In this document: piece by piece, positions 50,092 through 62,000 of the stretch | Position numbering within the stretch: position 1 is the first letter of the stretch | How the letters are laid out: each line of letters begins with the position of its first letter | Source of the DNA: Isurus oxyrinchus | Lineage: Eukaryota | DNA length: 64,000 bases | Assembly (NCBI GenBank): GCA_026770705.1 | Contig: JANJGN010000121.1 | Span: 496,001-560,000 of the forward strand | Direction: 5' to 3' | Program-made: the position numbers and the translations under genes | The notes under the pieces: model-generated | Databases searched by the model: none | Seen by the model: only the letters and a program-made list of their open reading frames with translations | Told to the model about the DNA's origin: nothing

Positions 50092-50541
50092 GTAAGTAAC
50101 GGAACGATTGGAATTCACTTCCACCACCAACACCGTCCTTTGTTGATGTTGTGACTTTATAAAGACAGATTCCAATGATTGATGCCTTTGAAAGATTTCT
50201 ACTGATTATTGAGATCTGGGTGTGAGGCTCAAGTCTGTTGTACAGAACATCTTTCTAGCTCAAGGGCTGAGGGAAGTGCAGAGACATGAGCTTTGGGACA
50301 TCCTGAGGTGGTGAAAGGTGCTATAGAAATGCAAACCCTTCATTGTTTTTCTTTGTTAAAGTCTTGTGACTCTCTGCAGAGCACCTATCATCCCACAGAT
50401 AATCAAATTAGTCAGTGAAGACATTGTCTAAAAGCAGTTCTGATCTCTCGAGAGCTGTCGGACAAGAGGTGAGGTCTCGTTAACTCATTTCTCTTTCACA
50501 GCTTGAGAGTCAGAAGCTTATGAAATACCTGGGAGTGGACA

Positions 50542-50581
50542 ATGATCGGGAAATCTTACTTCCTCCTGTCACTTCTCCAAG
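50542..50581 (+). CDS. G4 leader exon CDS, MIGKSYFLLSLLQ
   Basis: Acceptor at 50501, ATG, G|gtaat. Confidence 0.87.
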
Positions 50582-53500
50582 GTAATATCATTGTCAGCTC
50601 AGACAGATTTATGGCTAATAGTCTTTGTAAAAGATCATTCTTATTGAGTGTGATTGGGAACTGATTCAGCAGTGAGCCAGCGTACAAACTCACACCAAGT
50701 CCCATTCACCCATCACCCCTGTGCTCACTGATATACACTGACTCCCTGTCTGACAGCAGAATTGGAGGAGAATAGAGATCTCAGAGGGTTGTAAGAACTG
50801 GAGGAGGTTACAGAGATAGGGAGGGGAGAGGGTGGATTGCGGGTAAGAAATCAATGATGAGAATTTGAAATTTGAGTCATTGCTGGACTGGGAGCCAGTG
50901 TAGGTCAGCCAGTGACAGGGGAGCGATCGGCTGAATAGAGAAATAGGGATAAAAACTGAGGAATGAGGTCTATCCTGATGTTAGGACTCGGATAACAATG
51001 CCCTGAAATTTTGTGTCTATTGCTGATTTTGTCAGAATTTCCCATGAAGACAACACAGCAGCTCCTAGAATAGACAGGCTGTTCAGTGTCACACTTCCTG
51101 TCCATTCTCACCTTGCTAGATACTTCAATAAGGGAGCAAGATAACTGAAAGAGAGAAGGAAGGCAAAGCTGTCTGTGTGTAAAACTGTCAAATATTCTGA
51201 GTTATCATGATTGATTCTGATCTGCTGCAGAGTTTAAATTTCACAGAATCTGAGCACTTTGCAGCTCAGAGAGAGACCATTGACTCACTGCCTGAAAGGG
51301 CGGTGGAAGCAGATTCAACAGGAACTTTCAGAAGGGGAACTGGATAAATACTTGAAGGAGACATTTTGCAGGGCTGTGGGGGAGAGAGCAGAGGTTAGAG
51401 TGGGACTAATTGGACAGAACTTTCAAAGGTCCAGCACAGGCTCGATGGGCCAAATGACTTCCTTCTCTTCCAGATCATTCTACAATCTGATAAATTAAGC
51501 CCCACATCAATAACTCTTAAGGCTCCTGCTGCAGGGATGGATCTTTGAGAAGGACAGAGAATAAGAGGTTTCTGGTATCATTTTCATATTGTACTGAATC
51601 TTGCTGCCAGAATGTTTGGCCACCGCTGATCACCATGTTGTGTTTTTATAATGATATAAAGGCACCAGCCACTGATACGGAATTGGGTAAATACATTGTG
51701 GGTTCAGTTATTTTGAATAGGGACATGAGAACAGATGTACAAGGATAGAAAGCTGGGAGACACCTGCAGCCAAACTGTGTGAGCTGTGTTCTGCTCACAG
51801 ACCAAAGTGAAACTTGGACTGGATGGTGTTATCATCCCAGCTGATGTTACTACTGGGCAAGTCAGATCCCAGGGTGGAACTCAGCTTGATAGGTCCTAAC
51901 TTATATTTTTTATTTAGGAATGTGGAGTGTGGCTACTGAACAGAGTCACAGGAGTCATCTGATGAACTTCTAACAAAAGAATAAAACATTTATTAAACTA
52001 GGAAAGACAAACTATATGACATTACTCCTTCACCCAGATCTATACATTTACAGTTTCATAAGGATAACGCAATTACAATAACTAACTTATACTCTCATGT
52101 TCACACTAAGTACACAGTCGATGTAAAACAGTAGACGACCTGGGGTCAGGGACACCACATTCTGAAACCAAGTGACAGAACCCACTTGGAACAAATGCTC
52201 CGGGTCCCTCCTCAACTGACTCTAGACGCTTGTTACACCGTGAGGCAACTGGTCTAACGAAACTGCTTCTTTCACATGAGAGTTTCCAATCTCTACTCAC
52301 CAAGAACTCACTTTGGAATCTTCTCCAACATGACACTTTCACACAGACACCTTCCACAAGGGTCCACTTTCACTATTTCAAACTCTCCTTCCCATGTTCC
52401 TGCCCCCTGGATCGCCACGTGCATTCAGCCTTCCTTCCACGCCCTGTCTCTCCAATGCTCAGCCGTGTCAATGGAACACCATGGCTTCACATGGCCGTAG
52501 TAATGAGTCACCAACCTGTGGTGTCTCCTAGGATCTTCTGGCTTCTCATAAGCCTATTTTGCTTTGGGTCTGTGTCCTTTTGCCCATTCTCTTTTAGCTT
52601 GGATCCCTCCTCTGAACCTCAACCTTAACTTGACTTAACAGGACCTTGTCCAGATTCCTGATCTTCCTTGGAGTAGAAGGTTTTCTTGGCCCTTTCTCCT
52701 GTTCCACTCGATGGTTTTGGCTTCTTCTTTACTTTGGGACTGACTATCTGTCCCGCTCCTTTGCTGCTTCTCCTGGCAACTCCTTTCAACAGAACTGAAA
52801 GTACATTTCTGTTTTTCTCGGTCTCTGTGAGTCCTTCCCTCTGGATCACTGTTGCTAGGCAACAGCACAGTTTCTTACACCTTGTATTTGTTTTGACTTC
52901 CCTTCAACAGTCACCAAACCTCATTAGATTGCTGGCTTCTATAAAAATGAAACTAAAAGTCAAGTTTCCCCCTTTCTTAACACACAAATACAGAAATCAA
53001 ACTAAACTTGAACTTAAAGATAGACCTTATGCCTAACACACACAAATACACATAGAACTTACTTAACCTATCCCCAGTTCCTAAAAATCACATGACACAC
53101 TTCCCCTCGAGTGATGTCATGCTGCTGTCCCTGAAAGGCATATTACAACAGTGTTATCACTTGGCAGGTGATGTGTGCCAGGCAGACCAAGTCCATGAGA
53201 GAAAGGTGGTCACACGATCATAATGATTTTGCAATTTGTATTTATTATGAGATGTGTGCACTGAATTCAGAAGCAATAATTACTCTAGGAACTTTAGAGA
53301 TTTGAAAATTAAATTAAAATACTTGCTCTCAGAATAAATGATATCATGCATGTACATGAAACTACAATTACCATTTTAATAATAATTCTTAAAATTCCGA
53401 AATAACCTGACTCCCAGTTACACTCCCTTTAAGGCAACGGTCCAAAAATAGAGTTTATATTTAAAACAAACTCAGCAAGTTAACACAATATAAAAGCAAT

Positions 53501-54471
53501 ACCCTGCACAGAGGAATTCCAAGTGGCTTTTCCCCAACTTCAGTTCCGTTGGATAGCAGGCTTGTGCACAAATGCTAGTGGTTTCATTAAGACTATATCA
53601 CACACTCGTGTTAGATCTTACATGGCATTCTGACACATAGCCTTTCATTGTCCCTGATAGATATATATTTCTCTCTTTGTAACATGAGTATTCTATTGTT
53701 CCAAATGTTTTTGAAACTGTATCTTCCTCATAACAAATTCTTTTGTGGTGCCCATATTGCCAGGAGCCTTTGAGAAAAATAAGCACATTCCTTAGTCTTG
53801 CTTATCTGGCTAGTTGTAAACAAACTAAGATTCCTTTGAAATCCAACAACCCCTTCATTGAAATAAAAATGCAAATTCTCTTCATACCTTCCATGCTAAG
53901 CAGCATCCATGTTTACTCAATAGCATGTCAAGCACCTAGCTCCTTTTGATCATTTTAAACTTCCAATCTAATTAACTCCAAATGTACTTAAATCACATGC
54001 AGACCCATCATGCGTACCCCCATAAACCTACTTCACAATATACTATAAAATATTATGAAAATTATTATACTTTCATCACAATAGGAACCACTGCCTTAGA
54101 CACTGAGGATCTAGGACAGCTAGGCCAATTCATGATTCATGATGGTGATAATGGGGGAATTCTGAAGGCTCCTAATCCATTGTCCTAGTTTGTAAATCAG
54201 CAGTGAACTCACTTCAATTAGTGTGTCTTGTAGACACTGTGTTGGGTGGAAGACTGGATTCACTAAACAGGTTCCTGAGGGCCACGAGCCAATGTAGAAT
54301 GAACTTGTCCACTCCTGTATCCAGGATTCTCTTCAATGTGTTGTGAAACATTGGGGCATTCATTGTGAGTCCAGACTGCAGCCACTGTGCCCCAGTGATG
54401 GAGGGGGTGGATTTTGAGTCTAGTGGATTGACAAAACATTCAGGGTTAAATATTGATATTTCTCCCCCTAG

Positions 54472-54837
54472 TTGGACTACCACAAGTGTGGAAAGGTGAC
54501 ACTCCACGAGAGGTGACAGCGCAGGAAGGTTCGTGTGTACAGATTCCGTGTCATTACAGCTACCCATCATATTTAGTACCGAGATCACCTGTTGGAATCT
54601 GGTATATGAGACGGAATTGGGAAACATGGTCTATAGCCTTTCACTCCAAGGATCACAGTCGCGAGTTACCACGGTTCCACCATCGGACCCGGCTTTCTGG
54701 AGACCTGAAAGATGGTGACTGTTCCCTGATTATAAACAACATCAGACGGGAAGATGCAGGATATTATTTATTCAGAACAGATTTTGACAGCAGGAATAGA
54801 TACAACGACCGTCCTGAAACCCAGCTTCATGTTTCTG
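54472..54837 (+). CDS. G4 first V-set exon (366 nt)
   Basis: cctag/gtaagt; open; YYLFRTDF keeps the Arg. Confidence 0.9.
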
Positions 54838-55261
54838 GTAAGTGCTGTGTTATAATTACTCAACAATTCACATCCAACACTCAATGGGAAATAATAGTGT
54901 TTGATTTGCTTGTTTTTTGGCCATGTTAACCAGCGTCACTATTTTTAATGATTTGTCTATTTCTGCTCCCAGATCCATGAGCTTATTGTGTGTGATTGAA
55001 TCCACATCATAGCTGTAACGTAAACCGAGTTGAGGGGTGATGACACCTCCCCCCTGAGTGAAGTGTCTCCTCCCCACTACACCTTCCACCCCTCACACTG
55101 TCTGTGTAATCTCCTGTCCCATCCCCAGCCTCTCTTTCCCCTCCAAAGTCCTGCAACGTGTTTCCATCTCCCGAATCCGTTCCCATCTTTCCCGGAACTC
55201 CATGTTTGAATCCCTCCAATCAGGTTCCCACCCCAGCCACTGTGCTGAAACAGCTCTTATT

Positions 55262-55645
55262 TTTATTGAGCCAATGCCAAGCCCCGATACCGAGCGAGAG
55301 CCTCCTCATTTGCTGAGTTTAAGGTGATGAGTCAGCCCCTTAGTCCGTAGAGGGGATTCTCCTCGGTAATGTGCAGCCTTGTTTGTGTCTCTCCACAAGC
55401 GCATGAGGGGTTTGTACAGAGGCTGCAGCGCTGGAGGGGGTCTGCACAGGGGTCCTGGCCTGTCCTGAGCTGGTTTTAGCAAGGACAACTCTGGCCTTGG
55501 CAGCTGAAAGCCAGCCATTGGACAGACGGGGCCTGTCACAAGGAGCCTGTTAGTCACTCCCCCCCGTGTCTCCTGTGCTCAGATCCAGACCATGTTGGCT
55601 GGTGGATCTGGCTCAGGAAGGGTCCTCCCCATGGGACCCCCAGAG
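55262..55645 (-). mobile_element. 3' end of a non-LTR retrotransposon of a different clade
   Basis: GFQLPRPELSLL.. followed by a frameshifted Cys/His-rich knuckle-like segment and an AATAAA/A-rich end. Confidence 0.4.
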
Positions 55646-55709
55646 GGAAGGTGGGTCGAGCGGGTCAGTCACTTGCATGTTTATTCTGCTGCTTTAATAT
55701 TTTAAGAAG

Positions 55710-56505
55710 GTAAGAATGTAGGAACATAAGAAATAGGGACAGGAGCAGGCCATTCGGTCCCTCCAGCCTGCTCTCACTGATCTGGTTGCGGCCTTAACTC
55801 CATTTTCCTGCTTGTCCCCCAAACCGTTGACTCCCTTGTCGATCAAAAACCTGCCTCACTCAGCCTTGAGTCTATTCAATGGCCCAGCCTCCACTGCTCT
55901 CTGGGGAAGAGAATTCCACAGGCTAGCGCCCCTCTGAGAGAGGAAATTCCTCCTCATCTCAGTCTTAAATGGGGGAGCCCTCATTCCGAAACTGTGCTCC
56001 CTGGTTCTAGATTCCCCCACGAGGGGGAAACATCCTCCCAGCATCCACCCTGTCAAGCCCCCTCGGAATCGGATATGTTTCAATAAGGTCACCCCTCATT
56101 CTTCTAAACTCCAATGGATACAGGCCCAACCTGCTCAACATTTCCTCACAGGACAAACCCTTTAATCCCAGGAATCAGCCCAGTGAAGCTTCTCTGAACT
56201 GCCTGTACACAATGATCCTGTTACAATCTCACTAACACCCTGTGCAGCTGTTGCAAGACTTCCCTCCTTTTATACTCCATCCCTTTGCAATAAAGGCCAA
56301 CATTCCACTTGCCTTCCTCATTCCGTGGTGTTCCTGAATGCTGACTTTCTGTGATTCATGTACCAGGACACCCAGATCCCTCTGTACTGCATTCTGCAGC
56401 CTGTCTCCATTTAAATTATATCCTGTTTTTCTATTCTTCCTGACAATATAATTTGTTGCCATTCTCCTCAGTATTGACCATCCCCCCAATTCAGCCTCAT
56501 CTGTA
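55710..56505 (-). mobile_element. CR1-like LINE fragment, duplicate of 1155-1990
   Basis: Near-identical reverse complement with an internal deletion. Confidence 0.82.
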
Positions 56506-56567
56506 AATATCGGGTTCAGTGGATCCACAAACCATTCAGAGTTAAATATTGAGATTTCTCTCCCCAG

Positions 56568-56933
56568 CTGAACCCTCGCAAGAGTGGAAAGGTGACACTC
56601 CACGAGAGGTGACAGTGCAGGAAGGTTCCTGTGTACAGATTCCATGTCATTACAGTTATCCATCGTGTCTGGAAAACCAACCGTGAGGTGGAGTCTGGTT
56701 TAATAATGAGGAATGGAGAACATCGTCTATAGCCTTTCACTCCAAGGATCACAGTCACGAGTTACCACGGTTCCACCATCGGACCCGGCTGTCTGGAGAC
56801 CTGAAAGATGGCGACTGTTCCCTGATTATAAACAACATCAGACGGGAAGATGCGGGTCCTTATTTTTTCAGAATAGAATTTGACAATGGTCCGAGCCATA
56901 ACTATTACCCTGTAACCCAGCTTCACGTTTCTG
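56568..56933 (+). pseudogene. G4 second V exon, inactivated
   Basis: CGA>TGA at 56684-56686 and donor GT>AT at 56934. Confidence 0.9.
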
Positions 56934-57661
56934 ATAAGTGCTGTGTTATAATTACTCAACAATTCACATTCAACACTCAATGGGAAATAACACAAACTGT
57001 GACGTTTACGTATTAACACAAAACACAGCTTATTATAATACACTGTCTGATTCTCAATAACCTGGTGATCGCTTCCAATTCACTCCTAAAGCAACCTCTA
57101 ATACTCACTTTAATATCAATGATTAAATGTATTGACTGTGTCCATCAATGTTATCAGGTTATCCACTCCTATCGATCTCTCTAATCCTGTCTCGAAGTCT
57201 GACTTAGCGACAGAAGAAAGATTCACATTTCTGTAGCACCTTTCACCACCTCAGCATGGACCAAATCACTTCACAGCCAATGAGCTGATTCCTGAATTGT
57301 AGTTACTATTGTAATGTGGGAAACACAGCAACCAATTTGCACACAGCAAGCTCCCACAAATTGCAAAGTAAAAAATGGCCCAGATCGCTGAGGGACTGAT
57401 GGGTTAGTGCACCCCAAACTCTGGTCTGCTCCACCACCCTCACCCACTATTATCAGTTCAAGTGTCTCGGAGTGAACGTGTATTAAGCTGAGAGACAGAA
57501 ACACCAAAGTCTCAAAGCAGGAAATTCTCTCCTAATCATTGTAACCTCTCAGATCTGATATCATCCTTGTAAAAGTGCTTTTTCTTGTGGGACTGTGATT
57601 TCTATTTGAACTGATGCTTCACGTTATATTTGTCTAAAAGGATCCATTCTCTGTCTGTTAG

Positions 57662-57958
57662 ATTTCACAGATAAACCCACGATATTCCCTGCTGAAATTA
57701 TTGCAGGAAAGCGTGTGGATGTAAGCTGCACCTTCAACACAACGTGGAATGGAACAGCAGCACCTGTCTTAACCTGGGACACTCCCACTGACGTACCTGG
57801 ATCACTCTCAAACACTGTAACTCAGCATGGTGTCACTCTGACCTATACTTCTGTTCTGACCCTGATCCCATCACTCAAACACCACGGACACACTCTCAGC
57901 TGCAGAGTGAGATATCCATCTGTTTCATCGGAGCGGACCCTCGTACTAACTGTGCAAG
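57662..57958 (+). CDS. G4 first C2 exon (297 nt), interdomain Cys>Trp
   Basis: gttag/gtaagt; CTFNTTWNG. Confidence 0.9.
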
Positions 57959-58281
57959 GTAAGTACAGACACCCTTCATTCTACATCAGCACTCCCTCAG
58001 CGCTGACCCTCTGACAGTGCAGCCCGTTCTCAGTGTCCACATTCTCAGACCTCTCAAAGTGCTTCACAGTCGATAGAAGTTAACTGATCTTTATTTGATT
58101 GTTGCTGAATGAAGAGACAAGCTGTCTAAACTTTACATCTCACACACATTATTTTCCATGGCAACACCTCCTCCAATCAGAGACCACTTGCTGATTAACC
58201 AGCACTCTCTTCCCTTTAAATATAAATTGTTGTTCACTTTCTGTTGGTAAACCTGCAATCTGTCTTGTTGAGTCCGGTCCT

Positions 58282-58433
58282 GACATCTGAATATCACAAT
58301 GAACAGAACAAGTTCCAACAATGAGCTGTGGTTGGTGATTCCTCACGTTACATCCAGGGACACTGGAGACTATCAGTGTGCTCAGAGAATGAACATGGAG
58401 CAGTGGAGGGGTTCATAACCATCACTGTGGAAC
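58282..58433 (+). pseudogene. G4 truncated second C2 exon
   Basis: Same 5' replacement as in G2, plus a 1-nt deletion near 58380. Confidence 0.82.
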
Positions 58434-59547
58434 GTTAGTTAAGACAAACTTCAACATCTCTCTCAGATTGAAACACTACAGAAACTCACATAAATATCCA
58501 GCCTTAAATAGACACCTGCAGACACACAATCCCACATCTATGAGCACACACAAAGACACACTCACAAACAAACACACTAGCACATACTCCCCTGTGGATT
58601 ACCTGACCTCCCTCAGTGCTGCACCGGAGAGTTGACCTGGATTCTGGGATTTGTGTTCCCTTTCATATTTATGGAAGAATATGGAAATTGCAAAGTCTAT
58701 TACAGACACTCAGATGCACAGAGTTACTCACAGATACTCTCTGCCTCTCCAACTCTCTATCCTCCTTTAAGAACCTTCCTGAAATCTAACTCTTTGACCA
58801 GTCACCTGTCCCAATTCCTCCTTACGTGATTTTGTGTGAAATTTTGTTTGAGTATCTGAGAGTAAGAGGGAAGTGGAGAGGTTTAGGAAGGGAATTCCTG
58901 TTGCTGAAAAGCTTACATCAAGTTCTCAGCTTTCCAGTGCCCATTTTTCACATGATGTCCATGTTCATAATGGGGATTGCCTATGTAAACATCACGCTGT
59001 AGTTACACTCTCCCACCAGTGGTAGCACGGTAACACTTAACCCTTGCATCTCCAAGCTTTTCAAGCAATTTCACTTCCTAATTTGCTACTATTCACCTCA
59101 ACCATTCCCTGTGGGAGCGAGTTCCACATTCTCCCCTCTCTCTGGGTAAAGATTGGAACTGTTTATTAAGCGGGGTGTGTAAGTCCGTGGGGGAGTCCAT
59201 CTCGATCCTGCCCGATTCGCACACGCGTCCGAGATGGATTTCCACCCTGCACTAAACGTTTCCAGAATTTTCTACAGCACAATCCTGTACACAGCGATGG
59301 AGAGAAACATTGGACAGAGAGTCCAACAGCACAATGATCCATTCTCACCAATGTTCCACGCTAAGGGGAAAGTTCCGATTGTCCACTCTTAGAGTGTTTA
59401 CAGTGAAAACATTCATTCCACATTGAATCCCAGTGGATGGGTCAATATTACAGCAAATGTTGCAGTGATATGAAGCTTGATTGTTCAGCCAGAGTGAGAG
59501 ATTGAAAGCGGAGAGTCAGTGATGATTTCTTTCTGTGTGTTCTCTAG

Positions 59548-59687
59548 ACAGTGGAGGAGAGATTCTGCACGTGATCCTGATCCTGGGAATACGAGCTGTG
59601 ATATTCCTTGTGGCTGTGGTTATCACTATCGCTGGAGTCTGTGTCTGGGAGAGACAAACAGTGAAAGGAAGTCGACAGACTGTTTGA
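59548..59687 (+). CDS. G4 terminal TM exon with Arg (CGA 59592-59594) and short tail
   Basis: (D)SGGEILHVILILGIRAVIFLVAVVITIAGVCVWERQTVKGSRQTV*; AATAAA at 60071-60076. Confidence 0.88.
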
Positions 59688-60419
59688 AGCTTTGTACAGC
59701 AACAATCTGGTCAGTCAGTGCGGACAAATAACGTGTGATGTTGTGTTAAGTTGTAATGAAACTGGTCAGTGTCCTGGTTAGAATCATCTCCGTATCATCG
59801 AGTCATTCCAGCAATGGAGGAGGACATTTGGCCCATTGAGTCTATGCTGTCTCTCTGTAAAGCAATCCACTCAGTCCCATCCCCCGCTCTAACCCCGTAT
59901 CCCTGCAAATTTATTTCCAATTTCCGTCCAATTTCCTTTTGAAATTGTTCATCGAATAGGAATGAACAGAAATGTGACGTCGCTAAACTCTGTTCTCTGA
60001 TTAGAATGAGCTTTCTGAATGCTGCACCTTTTTCATGCTGCGATAGATTGTAAGAAGCATTTGGCTTATGAATAAAATTACATTGATTAACTCAAGTGAT
60101 TAAAATGCTCAGCCTGTTCTGTAGATATTTAAAGATTAAAATTCTTGTTTTGCTGCAAAATACTTGGCTCAAAGACATTACTTCCTGTTGTCACGTTTTC
60201 CAATCAGATGAATTCCTCTGTCCATCTTTATAATAGAAATTTCCAATGTAAACATGTCACATTGTAGCTGCACACACTTGCCAGTGGCTGGTGTGATACC
60301 AAAGCTGTCTTGCTGCAGAGAAACAGCGAGAAATATTCCTGTTGTGTGCATGAACTTCATGTTAGCATGAGACACAGGCATCAGATGAAATTTTGTGCAA
60401 TTTGTACAATGTTCTTTAG

Positions 60420-60772
60420 ACAGCACAGCACTCCCTCAGTTCAAACCCTCCAACAGCGCAGCACTCCCTCAGATCAGACCCTCCGACAGTGCAGCACTTC
60501 CTCAGTTCAAACCCTCCGACAGTGCAGCTCTCCCTCAGTTCATACCCTCCGACAGTGCAGCACTCCCTCAGTTCAAACCCTCCGACAGTGCAGCACTCCC
60601 TCATTTCAGAGCCTCCGACAGTGCAGCACTCCCTCAGTTCAGAGCCTCCGAAAGTGCAGCATTCCCTCAGTTCAGACCCTCTGACAGTGCAACACTCCCT
60701 CAGCTCAGACCCTCCGACAATGCAGCACTCCCTCAGTACTGAACCTCCGACAGTGCCGCACTACCTCAGTAC
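60420..60772. repeat. 33-bp tandem array (variant cagttcaaaccctccgacagtgcagcactccct)
   Basis: Visible units. Confidence 0.88.
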
Positions 60773-61879
60773 TTCTCCGCTGATGCTGCCAGACCTGCTG
60801 AGTTTTTCCAGGTATTTCTGTTTCTGTTTTGAATTTCCAGCATCCGCAGTTTTTTTGCTTTTAGTGCTGGGCAGTTCCTCAGCAAGGATTCGGGCCACAA
60901 AACATTGCGAGTGCTGTGGGTCTGCGCCACGATTTAGAGAGCTGTGCTTGGCACGCCTATTCTAGTCCCAGTCCAGTGTGGTGGGGAGAGCCTGGCAGTC
61001 CTGGGTTGGTGGTGCCCAGCATGGTGTGCAGGACGTGGTCAGTCGCTCACACACGTCGGTCCTGGGGGTGGGTGGCTTGATACTAGGCCGCAGGTGGCAC
61101 AATCCCAGTCAGGGGAGGCATCTGCAGCCGGTCAATGGGGAGCAGGTAATATAGAGGGTAGGGGTGGGGGTGGAAAAGAGGGGGGCCAGTGGTCTCTGTA
61201 AGTCACAGTACAATGGGCCTCTAGTTGGAGAGAGGTCAGGTCTACATGGGGCATTGGGATGTCAACATCAGACAGTCTAGGGAGGAGGACTGGCATGTCA
61301 ACCCCCAACACAATAAGATCAAGGATTAGAGAGGAAGGGAGGAGACTGATTGGAAGGAGGGGAATGTGCACATTATGCTCCTCCAGCACGATGGGAGGGA
61401 CTGTGATGGTTACGGGGGTGGGGGGGGGGGTGACGTGTGAGGGGATAGACGCTTACCTGGTGGTATTGCCTCAGCCTCACCCTTTTTCAAGCTGATCCAA
61501 TGTCGCAGTTGAAGAATAAGCTACAAAACAAATTGGCAGGGGAGGTCTCCCAGGGCCTGTGGGAGACATCACCCACTGCATCTTCGGCCTGTTTGAAGGG
61601 GCACCCGAACAATTCCGGCTTTTCCAAATGATGAGGAAGACACAGCTGCACCCCGAGTCCCCTACTGGGGATCCAGAAGGTTGCAATAGCGCTGCGAGGG
61701 ACTCATGGGCTCCACAGTGACTCCCTAATTAGCGACTGGAAGGTTTATGTTCATTTATCTTTATTATCCGTTCATATTGAGCAATGGAGCTCCTGATTTG
61801 TCACCTTCCTGTACCTCGTCCAATGCTTCTGTTATCAGGACTTCCACATCGATGTGAAAGAGCCATGATGATAGCAGAC

Positions 61880-62000
61880 AGTCGCACAATGGGAATGGCA
61901 CTAGGCCAGTGATCCAGAGGCCCAGGTGAATGCTTTGAAGGCACGGGTTCAAATCCCACCACGGCAGCTGGAGGAATTTCAATTCGATTAATCAATAAAT
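61880..62000 (+). mobile_element. tRNA-derived SINE head
   Basis: Pol III B-box GGTTCAAATCC at ~61946-61957 in a SINE-like context. Confidence 0.55.

Noticed and set aside
727-56933. V exons as rearranging Ig/TCR/IgNAR V segments
   Set aside because: They end in ordinary splice donors with no heptamer-nonamer RSS, include their own G strand, and lack the F-strand YYC cysteine. The Cys pattern is Siglec-type.
727-59687. Assigning symbols such as CD22, MAG, SIGLEC15 or CD33
   Set aside because: Family membership is clear but orthology cannot be established without phylogeny and synteny.
60870-61720. GC-rich segment as a possible DNA transposon or exon
   Set aside because: No recognisable motif, termini or consistent reading frame that I can support.
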